Made by a program: the position numbers and the translations under genes
Shown: positions 1-12,325 of the stretch, piece by piece
Position numbering within the stretch: position 1 is the stretch's first letter
Layout of the letters: each line of letters begins with the position of its first letter
Notes under the pieces: generated by a model
What the model saw: only the letters and a program-made list of their open reading frames with translations
The model's database searches: none
What the model was told of the DNA's origin: nothing
Source of the DNA: Octopus vulgaris
Taxonomy: Eukaryota
Direction of reading: 5' to 3'
Assembly: GCA_951406725.2 (NCBI GenBank)
Contig: OX597816.1
Location: 80,476,001-80,540,000 of the forward strand
Length of the DNA: 64,000 nucleotides

Positions 1-245
1 TAATTTCCGGCATATCAAAACCAAACCAGCCAATCCCACTCCACTGCACTTATTTGCCAACATGAACTACCACAAAGCGGACTGGGGAGTAATCAGAAAG
101 GATCTGTCCTTCATCGACTGGTCCTTCACTCTCAGTTCCACTGACACTGAGATCGCATGGCAACACTTTGAGGACATTGTCACATATACATGCTCAAAAC
201 ACGCTCCTACGAAATCCACTAACACAAACAGAAATCGGCTCCCTA
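1..245 (+). pseudogene. 3'-truncated fragment of a third, diverged CR1-group LINE ORF2 (APE-RT linker); continues upstream of the window
   Basis: The frame is open from base 2. NYHKADWGVIRKDLSFIDW...FEDIVTYTCSKHAP...NRLP aligns with copy [20 protein letters not shown]...[14 protein letters not shown]...NKIP. Similarity stops at ~245. Confidence 0.8.
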
Positions 246-379
246 GTATATTCGAAGGTATATATATTGCTGTAAGTTCTCAGATTCACACACTTATTGC
301 AGCTGTCCTACATCTTTTCTAAGCCCTCGGAAGGTTGAGCCTTTCTCGAGACCCTTAAAGCCAGGAACTTTTTAGCACC

Positions 380-412
380 TTCTCTCTCTCTCTCTCACAT
401 ACACAAATATAT

Positions 413-453
<41 letters not shown>

Positions 454-479
454 CATATATATATACATACATACATACA

Positions 480-512
<33 letters not shown>

Positions 513-535
513 GCATGCATACATACATACATACA

Positions 536-569
<34 letters not shown>

Positions 570-582
570 CATACATACATAT

Positions 583-635
<53 letters not shown>

Positions 636-637
636 TA
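380..637. repeat. Compound (CT)n/(TA)n/(TACA)n microsatellite
   Basis: Visible directly. Confidence 0.95.
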
Positions 638-1090
638 CCCATGTCCCACTTAGTTCAATCAGGTTTCGTCTCTTGCTGTCAGTCGTGCGTAAATCCCGCC
701 ATTGCGTATTCATACGTGGGCCTGTGCAGACAGATGAGGGATAATGAGAGAAAAAGGAAACATCGGCTTGAAAGTGGTACTCCCTTATTTCATCTGTTAC
801 ATATATTTCAGAATTCTTTTTCTTCTTTTTTTTTTTGTCTTTGTTTACGAAGTGCATCGATGAACGACGGATTGCATCTATAGTGTGACAGCAATGTGTT
901 ACGGAATGCTGAAATGTGTGCAACAGATGAAATAAGAAACCACCAAATTGAAGCCCGTATTGTGTTATCTCTCATTTCATACATATATATTATATGTATA
1001 TGTTTGTGAGGTTACATATGTGTATGCATCTGTATATATATATATATACACATACATACATACATTCACATGTTTCTGAGAATATATGTG

Positions 1091-1192
<102 letters not shown>

Positions 1193-1213
1193 CGTATACA
1201 CACATATATTAGT

Positions 1214-1351
1214 CCAGTATTCTACTGTTTTTAATAAATGGCTGTTTTAATTGCAGTATAAATTATTTATATATGCAAAATAAAATTATAATCTCTCCAT
1301 TTTCCAATCTGATTGTGAATCTCATTATCATTGATGCTTTATATTGAAAGA
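1214..1351 (+). repeat. ~138-bp dispersed direct repeat, copy 1 (copy 2 at 10478-10615)
   Basis: ccagtattctactgtttttaataaat...ttttccaatctgattgtgaatctcattatc...tgaaaga occurs at both sites with scattered substitutions. Confidence 0.85.
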
Positions 1352-3207
1352 TATTTGTCAATATAATTTAATGAATAGAATAGCTTTTACAACAAAGCAA
1401 CCAAATGTGTATTGGTGATGTTTATTGATTAGGTTATCGATTATTTTACTGATAGGCAAGAATGAAATTGAAAGTGGATTCCTGGAGGTTCAGAGGAGGG
1501 ATTTGAACCTGTAGCATGAAGAATTGACGCTAAATATGCATAGAGATACGATTCAAAATTCTAGTGTTTTAGATCCCATACTCTTTCTTTTAAAAATGAA
1601 GTAAAGAGCTGGGAGACACGAAGAAATACCACTCTCTAAATGAATTAAATACGAGATCTAGTTTTTAATCGCAAATGCCACAGTTGCCTTTGGAAAAGAC
1701 ATGGCTACTACACAAACTAATTTTTATTCCCTAAAATTAATAGCCTACTGCATCTGAGAAACACTAGCCCTTGAATTTACACATTATGTCAGAGAAAAAC
1801 AATTTATTTCAAGAGATATCTAATTACGAGTGTTATATCATTTACGGGCCATTTACTTTGGCAGACATATTTTAGTTGATTGTCTTGTAAAATCCTGACC
1901 ATTATCATTGTAATATATTAATTATCATGACTGAACGCTGTCTATCCGCCAACAATAAAGTCGATCTAATTCGTTTATGGTGTTTTACTTTTTGTCTGTT
2001 CTCTTAAGTAGGGGAAGTATTGTTGTGGAATTGCTATGCGCAACTAAAGTATCAAGCGTTAGAAAAGTTTACTAATATAGGCTGGCATATGTACACGAGT
2101 AGTTACTGTAGCAGTTCATATGAGAAACAGGACGTTGCGGCTGTGATGTTTCAAAATTGAACTGAAGTCATTTCAAGCAGCCTGCAAAACAAATATTTCA
2201 TTCCTCCCTAGCCTAAATTATAAGGCTTTCTGCTTAGCCCTATAATTTCCTTAGGTTGAGAGACAGAAAAGTTGAGTAACCAAACAAAGCGATCTAATGC
2301 ATTTTCATTTGTCGTAATAGAAATACTACGTACTTCATTTTTAGTTCTTCTTAAAATAATAATAAATTGTATCCTAGACAAGTACTGTACTTAGATAAAT
2401 CGAAAGCACATTGCTGCTAAGACGTGTGACTAAATACTAAAGTTAGAAATAATTTTTATTTAGTTCTGTTCAGACGTGAGCCTAATTATTATATGAATGC
2501 ACAAAGCAGTGGAAAAGCAAGGGTAATGTAATGAATTGCTTAAAGTTTTTACTTACGCCCCTTTCAGTTCTGAAGTAAAATTACGTTGAGAGGCTTTGCC
2601 TATCATGTTCTACGATTGACACTGCATCGTCACATATTGAATAAATGACCTGCCAAATTGCTCGGATAACCTTTCCCACTCATATTCAATGTATCCATGT
2701 GTATAAAACCTACCCGTACAACATCAAAAATACATACAGTTGTTAAAATACTGCATCCCATAACAAATTCCTACATTGTTAATTCCACATTTTACCCCAT
2801 CTCTCCTTTTTTTTTTCTTTAGTCAAAAATATGTCGACTAAGGAGATCATGGCCTGCTAGAAATAACTGCCAGCCGGGTGGCTCTCCCTCAGATCAAAAT
2901 ATACTGACTTAAATAAAAGGAGAAATATTGGATGGTGTTATCCTTTATATTCGAAAAGAAAGGATGGTCATAGCAGTAAGGATTTTGCTGATTGAACTGC
3001 TTAATGAAGATGGCCAGAGAATAAGAATCTACAACTGATACCTTTGCGCTTTGTACAGCATCGAACTAAATGCGAAAAATGACAACGTATATAACTGTCA
3101 TGTAATACTTATTTGAATTTCATTCTCAACATTCACAGTGTTGTTCATGCTGAACTCGATTGTCGTATTGCGTTTCACGAGGCCAACAATTTTGGAGAAA
3201 GAGGAAA

Positions 3208-3793
<586 letters not shown>

Positions 3794-3834
3794 CGTTTAA
3801 TATTGTTTAATATTGTTTAACATTGTTAATAATT

Positions 3835-4520
3835 TTTCAGATACTCTATCTTCTAATTAGCCTTAAGAATAAACGACGTTATTTACCCACACTTTAACAT
3901 CTTCTAATTTTTTACCCACACTCTAATATCTTCTAATTAGCCTTTTTACCCACATTTTAAATATTTGTTAATATATTTTCAGATACTCTATCCTCTAATT
4001 AGCCTTAAGATTAAATAACGTTTTTACCCACACTTTAACTTTTTCACCCACACTTTAATATATTTTTGAATACTGTATCTTCTAATTAGCCTTAAGATTA
4101 AATAACGTTTTTTACCCACACTTTAATATAATAGTAATATTGTTAACATATTTTCAGATACTCTATCTCCTAATTAGCCTTAAGATTAAATAACGTTTTT
4201 ACCCACAAACTTTAATATTGTTAATATTAATAATACTCTATCCTCTAATTAGCCTTAAGATTAAATAACGTTTTTACCCACACTTTAACATTTTTACCCA
4301 CACTTTAATATATTTTTGAATACTCTATCTTCTAATTAGCCTTAAGATTAAAAAAAACGTTTTTACCCACACTCTAATATAATATTAATATTGCTAATAT
4401 ATTTTCAGATACTCTATCTCCTAATTAGCCTTAAGATTAAATAACGTTTTTACCCACAAACTTTAATATTGTTAATATTTTTTTTCTTTTCAAATACTCT
4501 ATCTTCTAATTAGCCTTAAT
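3835..4520 (+). repeat. Tandem array in the putative 5' UTR of copy A: ~57-bp core plus AT-rich linker, with a ~250-bp higher-order duplication
   Basis: The core atactctatcttctaattagccttaagattaaataacgtttttacccacactttaa starts at ~3841, 3983, 4070, 4158, 4233, 4320 and 4409, with partial copies at ~3926 and 4494. Units at 3983-4232 recur at 4233-4493. Confidence 0.92.
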
Positions 4521-4580
4521 ATCTTCTTGTCTTCTCTCGAACATAGTTAGATAGATAAACAAATAGACAGATCATCCAGC

Positions 4581-5491
4581 ATGTCCAGAGCATGGAGACC
4601 TGACGAACTAGATTTATTCGTACGAGCCTGGAAGTGCGCCGACGGAGATAGCCCTAGCGAGGTGATTGCGGCTGCGCTGAAGAACAAAGGCTACAAGAGG
4701 ACAGCGGCTCAGATGGAGCGAAAGAGACGGGAATTCGTGCGCTCATATGCGCTTATACGGTCGCACATTGGCGCACTTGATGCCATCTTTGAGAACGAGC
4801 GGGGCAAAGATGGCAAGAATGGAGACGATGAAAGAAGTCACCCCCACCTGGTAGACGCCCGGGAGGAGGTTTTGAATGAGAAACCTGCCCGGGAAGTGAA
4901 CCCAGGAGCAAGTTCTCCAACCGGCAGCAAGGGCCATGGAGACGGAGAACCCGGTGAAGAGGTAGAGGGAGGAGGAAGAACTAAAAGAAGGGCTGGAAGA
5001 GCTAAAGGAAAAGAAAAGCTCAAGCAGGACCAAAGGGTGAAAAAACCAGGAATAGAAGTGGAACCGCAAAAGATGGAAACAAACAGCGCACACGGGTGTG
5101 TAGGTTCTACCTGAGAGGTTCCTGCTGGCATGGAAAGGAAGGTGCAGGCTGCCGCTTTGCACATCGGGGACCCTGCCACAGAGACACGAGGCAGATGGAC
5201 AAACCATCAACACAAGGAAAAGAAATGGACCACGCACCACTTGCCCCAAAGCGGAGGTACGCAGATGTTGTGCGTGCCACAAACCGCCAACATGATGTTG
5301 TCGAAAGGGCAGCTGCTGAGCAACAATCATTTTTGTGCATGGCACAAAAGATTGTACAGCAGCTGACCTGGCTTTATCAAACCCAAGCCCGCAGGTGGGA
5401 CTACCCACTATATACCAGACCACCACAGCAAACAGACCCAGGATGGACACCGCCGGCAACAACGTACACCTCACCTCGATGCTCCTACTGA
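4581..5491 (+). CDS. LINE ORF1, copy A: trihelix Myb/SANT-like domain, charged linker and CCCH zinc finger; one frameshift near 5007-5020
   Basis: N-terminus W-x3-E-L...IAAALKNKGYKRTAAQMERK matches the GT-1/Myb_DNA-bind_4-like pattern. CRFYLRGSCWHGKEGAGCRFAH is C-x7-C-x8-C-x3-H. The two track ORFs join if one A is restored in ggaaaagaaaag, and the result is collinear with copy B. Confidence 0.8.
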
Positions 5492-8346
5492 ACATCAGAG
5501 GACTGCAAACACTCAGTAACAGGACAAAGATCCCGTTCCTGAGAGACTTTGTTGCATGCAATCAAGCCTTATGCATAGCACTTACAGAAACGCACCTGAA
5601 ACCGGACATAGCAGATGCGGAGTTACACATACCACAGTATGCTGTACTACGGACCGACAGGAAAGAAAGGAGTCATGGAGGTGTTGCTATGTACATCCGG
5701 GAGGACCTCACACCCCAGGTCCTCTTGTCATACTCAAACTCGGTGTGTGACACACTAATTGTACATATTAGGCAACTTGATGTAGTTGTGTGTGCTACAT
5801 ATCGCCCTCCAGATGCCCCAAGCCATGTGGGCAAGTTTGAAGACTGCCTTATAAAAATAGAAGAAATTCTAACCACATTAGAACAACACATAGGTGTGCT
5901 TCTTATGGGAGACTTCAATCTGCCCAATGTCAGATGGCCCGAGGGCCTTTCTCTCCCAGGAATGACAAGATGTGAACGAGGACAGGCGAGGTCCCTCCTG
6001 AACCTCATCAACACCCTGTACATGGAGCAGGTAATACTCCAACCAACCAGGGCAGGTAACACACTGGATCTCTGCTTCACAAATGACATGGATCTCATCC
6101 ATAATGTGAAAGTGACACCGACACTACTCTCGGATCACAACATGATAGAGCTGACCATGTACGGGCCAAAAGAGAGCACGGACATGCAGCCTACAAGAAA
6201 CCCTCAGAATCTTTCCAGCTTGAACTACCATAAGGCAAACTGGAAACAAATTGAGAAAGAGATCCTCAAACAAAACTGGCCTAAATGTCTCTCCTCGCCA
6301 GACATCGACGTGAAACTTCAACAATTCATGTCTGTAATGCAAGCCATATGCTACAAATGTGTCCCAGAGAGAAAGGCCACTGTACACAAGAACAAAATCC
6401 CCAGAGAGAGGAAAATTTTAATGAGACGGCGTACAAAATTTTCAAATCGCCTAAACAAACAGATTGAAAGCAGTGAAAAGTCCCGCCTAAAAATAAAACT
6501 GTTGGAAATCGAAAAATGTCTGCAACTCTCCCATGAAAAAGAAAGAGCAGACAAAGAAGCCTGGGCTATAGAAAACATAAAATCTAACCCCAGAGCTTTC
6601 TACAGGTATGCCAAAGAAACAGCTACAGTGCACTGTAGAATAGGGCCACTCCTCGAAAAGGATGGCACACTTACAGGAAAACCAATGAGGGTAAGTGAAA
6701 TACTGAATGAGCAATTCAAGAGTGTTTTCACTCCACCCCTTGGGCATCTCCAAATCACCAATCCAACTGACTTTTTTACCACTGCAGATATAAAATCAGA
6801 GGCGGCGACGATAGATTACATCGATATAAAGGAAGACGATGTAACCAAGGCTATAGATGAAATGAAAACAGACTCAGCTACTGGCCCCGATGGATTCCCG
6901 GCAATCCTCCTAAAAGCATGTAAGAGAGTCCTAGCAAGACCACTGCAGTTCCTCTTTCAGAGCTTCCTTGCAGCTGGCAAACTTCCAGGAAAACTGAAGG
7001 AAGGTAAAATATGCCCCATTCATAAAGGAGGTAGCAGAGCAGAAGCCAAGAACTATAGACCTATCTCTCTGACCTCACACATCAGCAAGGTCATGGAACG
7101 AATAGTCAGAAGGAAGCTGATCACCTTCCTTGAAGAGAATGACTTGCTGCCCGACACCCAACATGGTTTCCGACCAGGGAGAAGCTGTTTAACTCAGCTC
7201 CTACAACACTATGACTGGGTGCTGAAACGGCTGCTCAACCACTCAAATGTGGAAGTGATATATCTCGACTTTGCAAAGGCCTTTGATAAAGTCGATCATG
7301 GAATGATATGTCACAAACTGCATGATCTCAACATAGTTGGAAAACTGGGAGAATGGCTTCATGACTTTCTGAAGGATAGAAGTCAGGTGGTAGTAGCCAA
7401 TGGGGCCACCTCCATTAACACACAAATAGTGAGCGGTGTTCCGCAGGGCACTGTTCTGGGACCACTACTGTTCATAATGGCCCTCTCAGACATGCCCTCA
7501 GCCACGCAGAGAGCCACGATCACAAGTTATGCAGATGATACAAAAGTTTCACAGGCAATACAGAACCCTGAGGACACTAAACACCTGCAATGTGAGCTGG
7601 ACGAAATATACAAGTGGGCTGAAAAGAATAGCATGCAGTTCAATGCTGGAAAGTTTCAAGCTTTATACTATCAGCATGCAAAACTGAATGCAATACCCAA
7701 TGAATACACTGGACCCGGAGGGATTGCAATCCCAGAGGCACAATCAGTGCGTGACCTGGGTATTCACATGAGTGATGACGCGACCTTTCATGTACATGTT
7801 GCTAAACTGACAATGAAATGTAGACGGCTGGCTGGATGGATTCTTAGAACCTTTAGAACAAGAGAACAAGAAACCATGATGGTCCTCTGGAAGACACTTG
7901 TCCTAAGCCACTTTGACTACTGCTCTCAGTTATGGTCACCATCCAGTGTCAAGTTGATCACAGAGCTCGAGGCGATCCAACGTAGATATGCAATAATATA
8001 CATCTGGAAGATCCTGGAGGGACGTGTCCTGAACTTTGGCATCGAGAGTTACGCAAATGCCAGAACTGGGCGCCACTGCGTGGTGCCTAGGACTCCAAAC
8101 CTGCCATCAAGATGTAGGACAAGATTCTGTGATAGCCTGGGCTTCCGAGGCCCACAGCTCTTCAATATCCTCCCGAAGAACCTGAGAGACCTGCATGGGG
8201 TGGATACAGATGTCTTTAAAATGAAGCTGGATCTCTTCCTGTCAGGTGTCCCAGATGAACCAACTTCACGGCAGGAGGGGCAGATGAGGGCAGCTGCATC
8301 GAACTCTCTCATGCACCAAATAGCAGTTGCTAGAAAGCCTCCATGA
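5443..8346 (+). CDS. LINE ORF2, copy A: AP endonuclease plus reverse transcriptase, with an in-frame 93-nt deletion near the C-terminus
   Basis: APE motifs LNIRGL, LTETHL, YRPP, GDFN, LDL, SDH. RT motifs [41 protein letters not shown]. First ATG at 5443; the track start at 5335 is GTG. Confidence 0.95.
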   Translation: MDTAGNNVHLTSMLLLNIRGLQTLSNRTKIPFLRDFVACNQALCIALTETHLKPDIADAELHIPQYAVLRTDRKERSHGGVAMYIREDLTPQVLLSYSNSVCDTLIVHIRQLDVVVCATYRPPDAPSHVGKFEDCLIKIEEILTTLEQHIGVLLMGDFNLPNVRWPEGLSLPGMTRCERGQARSLLNLINTLYMEQVILQPTRAGNTLDLCFTNDMDLIHNVKVTPTLLSDHNMIELTMYGPKESTDMQPTRNPQNLSSLNYHKANWKQIEKEILKQNWPKCLSSPDIDVKLQQFMSVMQAICYKCVPERKATVHKNKIPRERKILMRRRTKFSNRLNKQIESSEKSRLKIKLLEIEKCLQLSHEKERADKEAWAIENIKSNPRAFYRYAKETATVHCRIGPLLEKDGTLTGKPMRVSEILNEQFKSVFTPPLGHLQITNPTDFFTTADIKSEAATIDYIDIKEDDVTKAIDEMKTDSATGPDGFPAILLKACKRVLARPLQFLFQSFLAAGKLPGKLKEGKICPIHKGGSRAEAKNYRPISLTSHISKVMERIVRRKLITFLEENDLLPDTQHGFRPGRSCLTQLLQHYDWVLKRLLNHSNVEVIYLDFAKAFDKVDHGMICHKLHDLNIVGKLGEWLHDFLKDRSQVVVANGATSINTQIVSGVPQGTVLGPLLFIMALSDMPSATQRATITSYADDTKVSQAIQNPEDTKHLQCELDEIYKWAEKNSMQFNAGKFQALYYQHAKLNAIPNEYTGPGGIAIPEAQSVRDLGIHMSDDATFHVHVAKLTMKCRRLAGWILRTFRTREQETMMVLWKTLVLSHFDYCSQLWSPSSVKLITELEAIQRRYAIIYIWKILEGRVLNFGIESYANARTGRHCVVPRTPNLPSRCRTRFCDSLGFRGPQLFNILPKNLRDLHGVDTDVFKMKLDLFLSGVPDEPTSRQEGQMRAAASNSLMHQIAVARKPP

Positions 8347-8372
8347 AGTGAAACCAAGTAGCAACACCAAAT

Positions 8373-8434
8373 GGCGGTGCCCCAGCATGGCCACAGCTCA
8401 TAAGCTGAAACTAGAATCAATCAATCAATCAATC
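8373..8434 (+). other. LINE 3' tail: conserved box, CAGCT-cata-AGCTG stem-loop and (AATC)5
   Basis: Hairpin at 8394-8407; nearly identical in copy B (12238-12299). Confidence 0.7.
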
Positions 8435-8445
8435 ATATACATATA

Positions 8446-8501
<56 letters not shown>

Positions 8502-8730
8502 TATACACATACATATATATACATATATATACATATATACATATATATACATATATACATATATATACATATATACATATATATACATATATACACATAT
8601 ATACATATATATACATATATATATATATACATATATATATATACATATATACATATATACATATATACATATATACATATATATATATACATATACATAT
8701 ATATACATATATACATATATACATATATAT

Positions 8731-8826
<96 letters not shown>
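8435..8826. repeat. (TA)n/(TATACA)n microsatellite, 3' flank of copy A
   Basis: Visible directly. Confidence 0.95.
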
Positions 8827-8864
8827 ATAAATCATATATATATATAGAGCATCATATCATATCA

Positions 8865-9097
8865 TGTGGTGGTGAGCACATTTCCCGGACAAGGTTGTTT
8901 TGTATGAGCAGCACACTTTATTTAGTTCACTTAACTATATATATATCCCAAGTTATATCGGCCTTTGCTTTCTTTTAGATACCATCGGTAGCGTGGAGAG
9001 AGGAAAGTGATATGCATGGGCGATTGCTGGTCTTCCATAATGAAACTTGTCTGCACTTTTTCCCCAAAAGAGAACTTTCTAGGTGCAATCTAATGAT
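8865..9097 (+). mobile_element. Degraded CORE-type SINE, same family as 37185-37490
   Basis: gcgtggagagaggaaagtgatatgcatgggcgattgctggtcttccataa matches the reverse complement of ~37265-37315. Confidence 0.55.
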
Positions 9098-9131
9098 ATT
9101 ATATATACATACATATATGTATGTATATATG

Positions 9132-9284
<153 letters not shown>

Positions 9285-9593
9285 AAAAAATGAAGTTCGA
9301 AAATGCTGCTGTATTATACAATTTTTAATTTTTATATATACATTATAACATGTTTCAGTTCCTGAAATGAACTTTATCAAAAAAAGTTATATATAAAAAA
9401 AGACAGCTCATGCCGTCAAACACAAGAAATTCATTTATAATACACAACGGAGTCAGACATCTTAGAGTTCATGTATAGTTGATATATAGTTCATGTATAG
9501 TTGATATATAGTTTGAAGTATATATGTTCAATAGGGTATATGCATATATACGTATCAATACAAAAATATAGTGGTATATATATATATCAATCA

Positions 9594-10117
<524 letters not shown>

Positions 10118-10435
10118 AATAAAGAATTTGGAGACATAAAACATTGTAATATTATCGGTACAGTTTCATAAGGTTCCATTTGGTCATCCTTGAAGTGAAC
10201 ATGTTTGTGAGATTATATATATATATGGCTGTAAATGTAATATGTGACAATTATAGCATTTTTCCGATGGCCGGATAACTGAAGAGATGGAGACGTGGAT
10301 TCCCACCCCGGCATCCGAAACTTGGAGTGTTATCATGTCTACCGAATAATTGTTACATATTACATTTACAGATAAATTCCTCTATTTCCATAATATCGAG
10401 GTCTCTTTCATTTTGTTTTCTTACCATTTTTATCA

Positions 10436-10473
<38 letters not shown>

Positions 10474-10477
10474 TATA

Positions 10478-10615
10478 CCAGTATTCTACTGTTTTTAATA
10501 AATTGCTGCTTTAATTGCTCTATAAATTATTTATATATGCAAAACATAATTATAATCTCTTCATTTTCCAATCTGATTGTGAATCTCATTATCCTTGTTA
10601 CTTTATACTGAAAGA
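10478..10615 (+). repeat. ~138-bp dispersed direct repeat, copy 2
   Basis: Matches 1214-1351. Confidence 0.85.
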
Positions 10616-10849
10616 ATGAAAGGCAAAATTCAAACCCGACGGTATTTGAACTTAAACCGTAAAGTCGAAAAAAATGCCTCTTATCATTTTCTTCGACGTG
10701 ATAATGGTTCTACAAGCTCATTGCGTACGTGGCCCATAAAATAAGTACCAATTAACCTTGTACGACCAGTTGAATAGTTTATATCCCCACCCACCAAAAC
10801 CGACATCACAACCCACTAAAAATCAAGAGCTTAGTACAAGAGATATATT

Positions 10850-11175
10850 CTTCCCGTACTCCGTCGGTTACGACGACGAGGACTCCATTTGATCCGACCA
10901 ACAGAACAACAGCCTGCCCGTAAACTTAGGTGCAAGTGGCTGATCACTCCACAGACAGGAATAACCTTAGCAAAGTTCACAGAAAGATCCAGCGTGATGC
11001 TAGATTCGACATTGATGGCCCTTTAGAATTACAGGTGCTACTCATATTTGCCACCCTATTGGACTGGAGCTACGTGATGTAAAGAGTCTTGCTCAAGATT
11101 ACAACGCCCTGCCGGATGTCGAACTCTTACGATCATGAGCCGAATACAGCTACCATCTGAACCACGTGCCTTCAC
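10850..11175 (-). mobile_element. tRNA-derived CORE-type SINE
   Basis: Minus strand has a head gtgaaggcacgtggttcagatggta...gagttcgacatcc, then CORE-like cttgagcaagactctttacatcacgtagctccagtcc (family assignment from recall). Confidence 0.65.
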
Positions 11176-11654
11176 ATAAATTATATAAATGAGAGAGATC
11201 CTTATGATATTCTGAGTTGGCATTTCTACCAATTAAAGTAAATTCTTTTTCTTCAACCAGCAAATGGACTCATATAATATAAAAGATAAAGTCTCGTTTA
11301 CGTTTAGTTACAATAACCAAGACAGTGATATTTGTTTTTTAAATTTCGATACGCTCTAACAGTAATTATAGACATACTTTGTAAGATATAATGGATATTC
11401 CGAGCATATAATTGTTTGTTGGCTGATTAATGAATACATACGTACGAGAAAAAATATTCACATGCGAAGAACTATGTTTCCAGCCTAAAAAAAAAGAAAG
11501 GTGTTTTCTTTTTTTCTGACTAATGTATGGAAATGGTTCATAAATCACAATCCAACGAAATAACAAACTATGATAATACACAAATGCGCGCGCACACACA
11601 TACCGAAACAAACATACACAAATAAACAAACAAAGTACACACACACACACACAC

Positions 11655-11656
<2 letters not shown>

Positions 11657-11705
<49 letters not shown>

Positions 11706-11752
11706 ATATATATATATATGTATGTGTATATATATATATATATATGCATGTG

Positions 11753-11813
<61 letters not shown>

Positions 11814-11846
11814 ATATATATATATATATGTATGTATATATATATA

Positions 11847-11877
<31 letters not shown>

Positions 11878-11906
11878 GTATGTGTATATATATATATATA
11901 TATATG

Positions 11907-11967
<61 letters not shown>

Positions 11968-11990
11968 ATATATATATATATATGTATGTG

Positions 11991-12021
<31 letters not shown>

Positions 12022-12148
12022 GTATGTGTATATATATATATATGTATGTGTATATATATATATTATATGTATGTGTATTATATATATATATATGTATGTG
12101 TATATATATATATATATATGTATGTGTATATATATATATATATATATG

Positions 12149-12237
<89 letters not shown>
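11657..12237. repeat. (TA)n/(TATG) microsatellite, 3' flank of copy B
   Basis: Visible directly. Confidence 0.95.
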
Positions 12238-12240
<3 letters not shown>

Positions 12241-12325
12241 TGATTGATTGATTGATTCCAGTTTCAGCTTATGAGCTGTGGCCATGCTGGGGCACCGCCA
12301 TTTGGTGTTGCTACTTGGTTTCACT

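Larger units (their letters stand above)
3794..8434 (+). mobile_element. Near-full-length CR1-group LINE, copy A
   Basis: Tandem-repeat 5' region, ORF1, ORF2 (APE+RT), short 3' UTR and (AATC)5 tail at 8415-8434, with (TA)n on both sides. The 5' boundary is inferred from the end of the TA run. Confidence 0.9.

Noticed and set aside
3835-4520. CRISPR-like repeat/spacer appearance
   Set aside because: The repeats are too long, the linkers are related to each other and duplicated, there are no cas genes, and the context is eukaryotic
5003-5114. Conserved programmed -1 frameshift within ORF1
   Set aside because: Copy B needs a shift of the opposite sign; kept only as a low-interest finding
4743-5561. 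272-aa antisense ORF over ORF1
   Set aside because: No motif; the equivalent in copy B stops at 163 aa; it is a shadow of coding sequence
8327-8830. MLESLHEVK... ORF present in both LINE copies
   Set aside because: It is the shared 3' UTR read into the TA repeat from a TTG start
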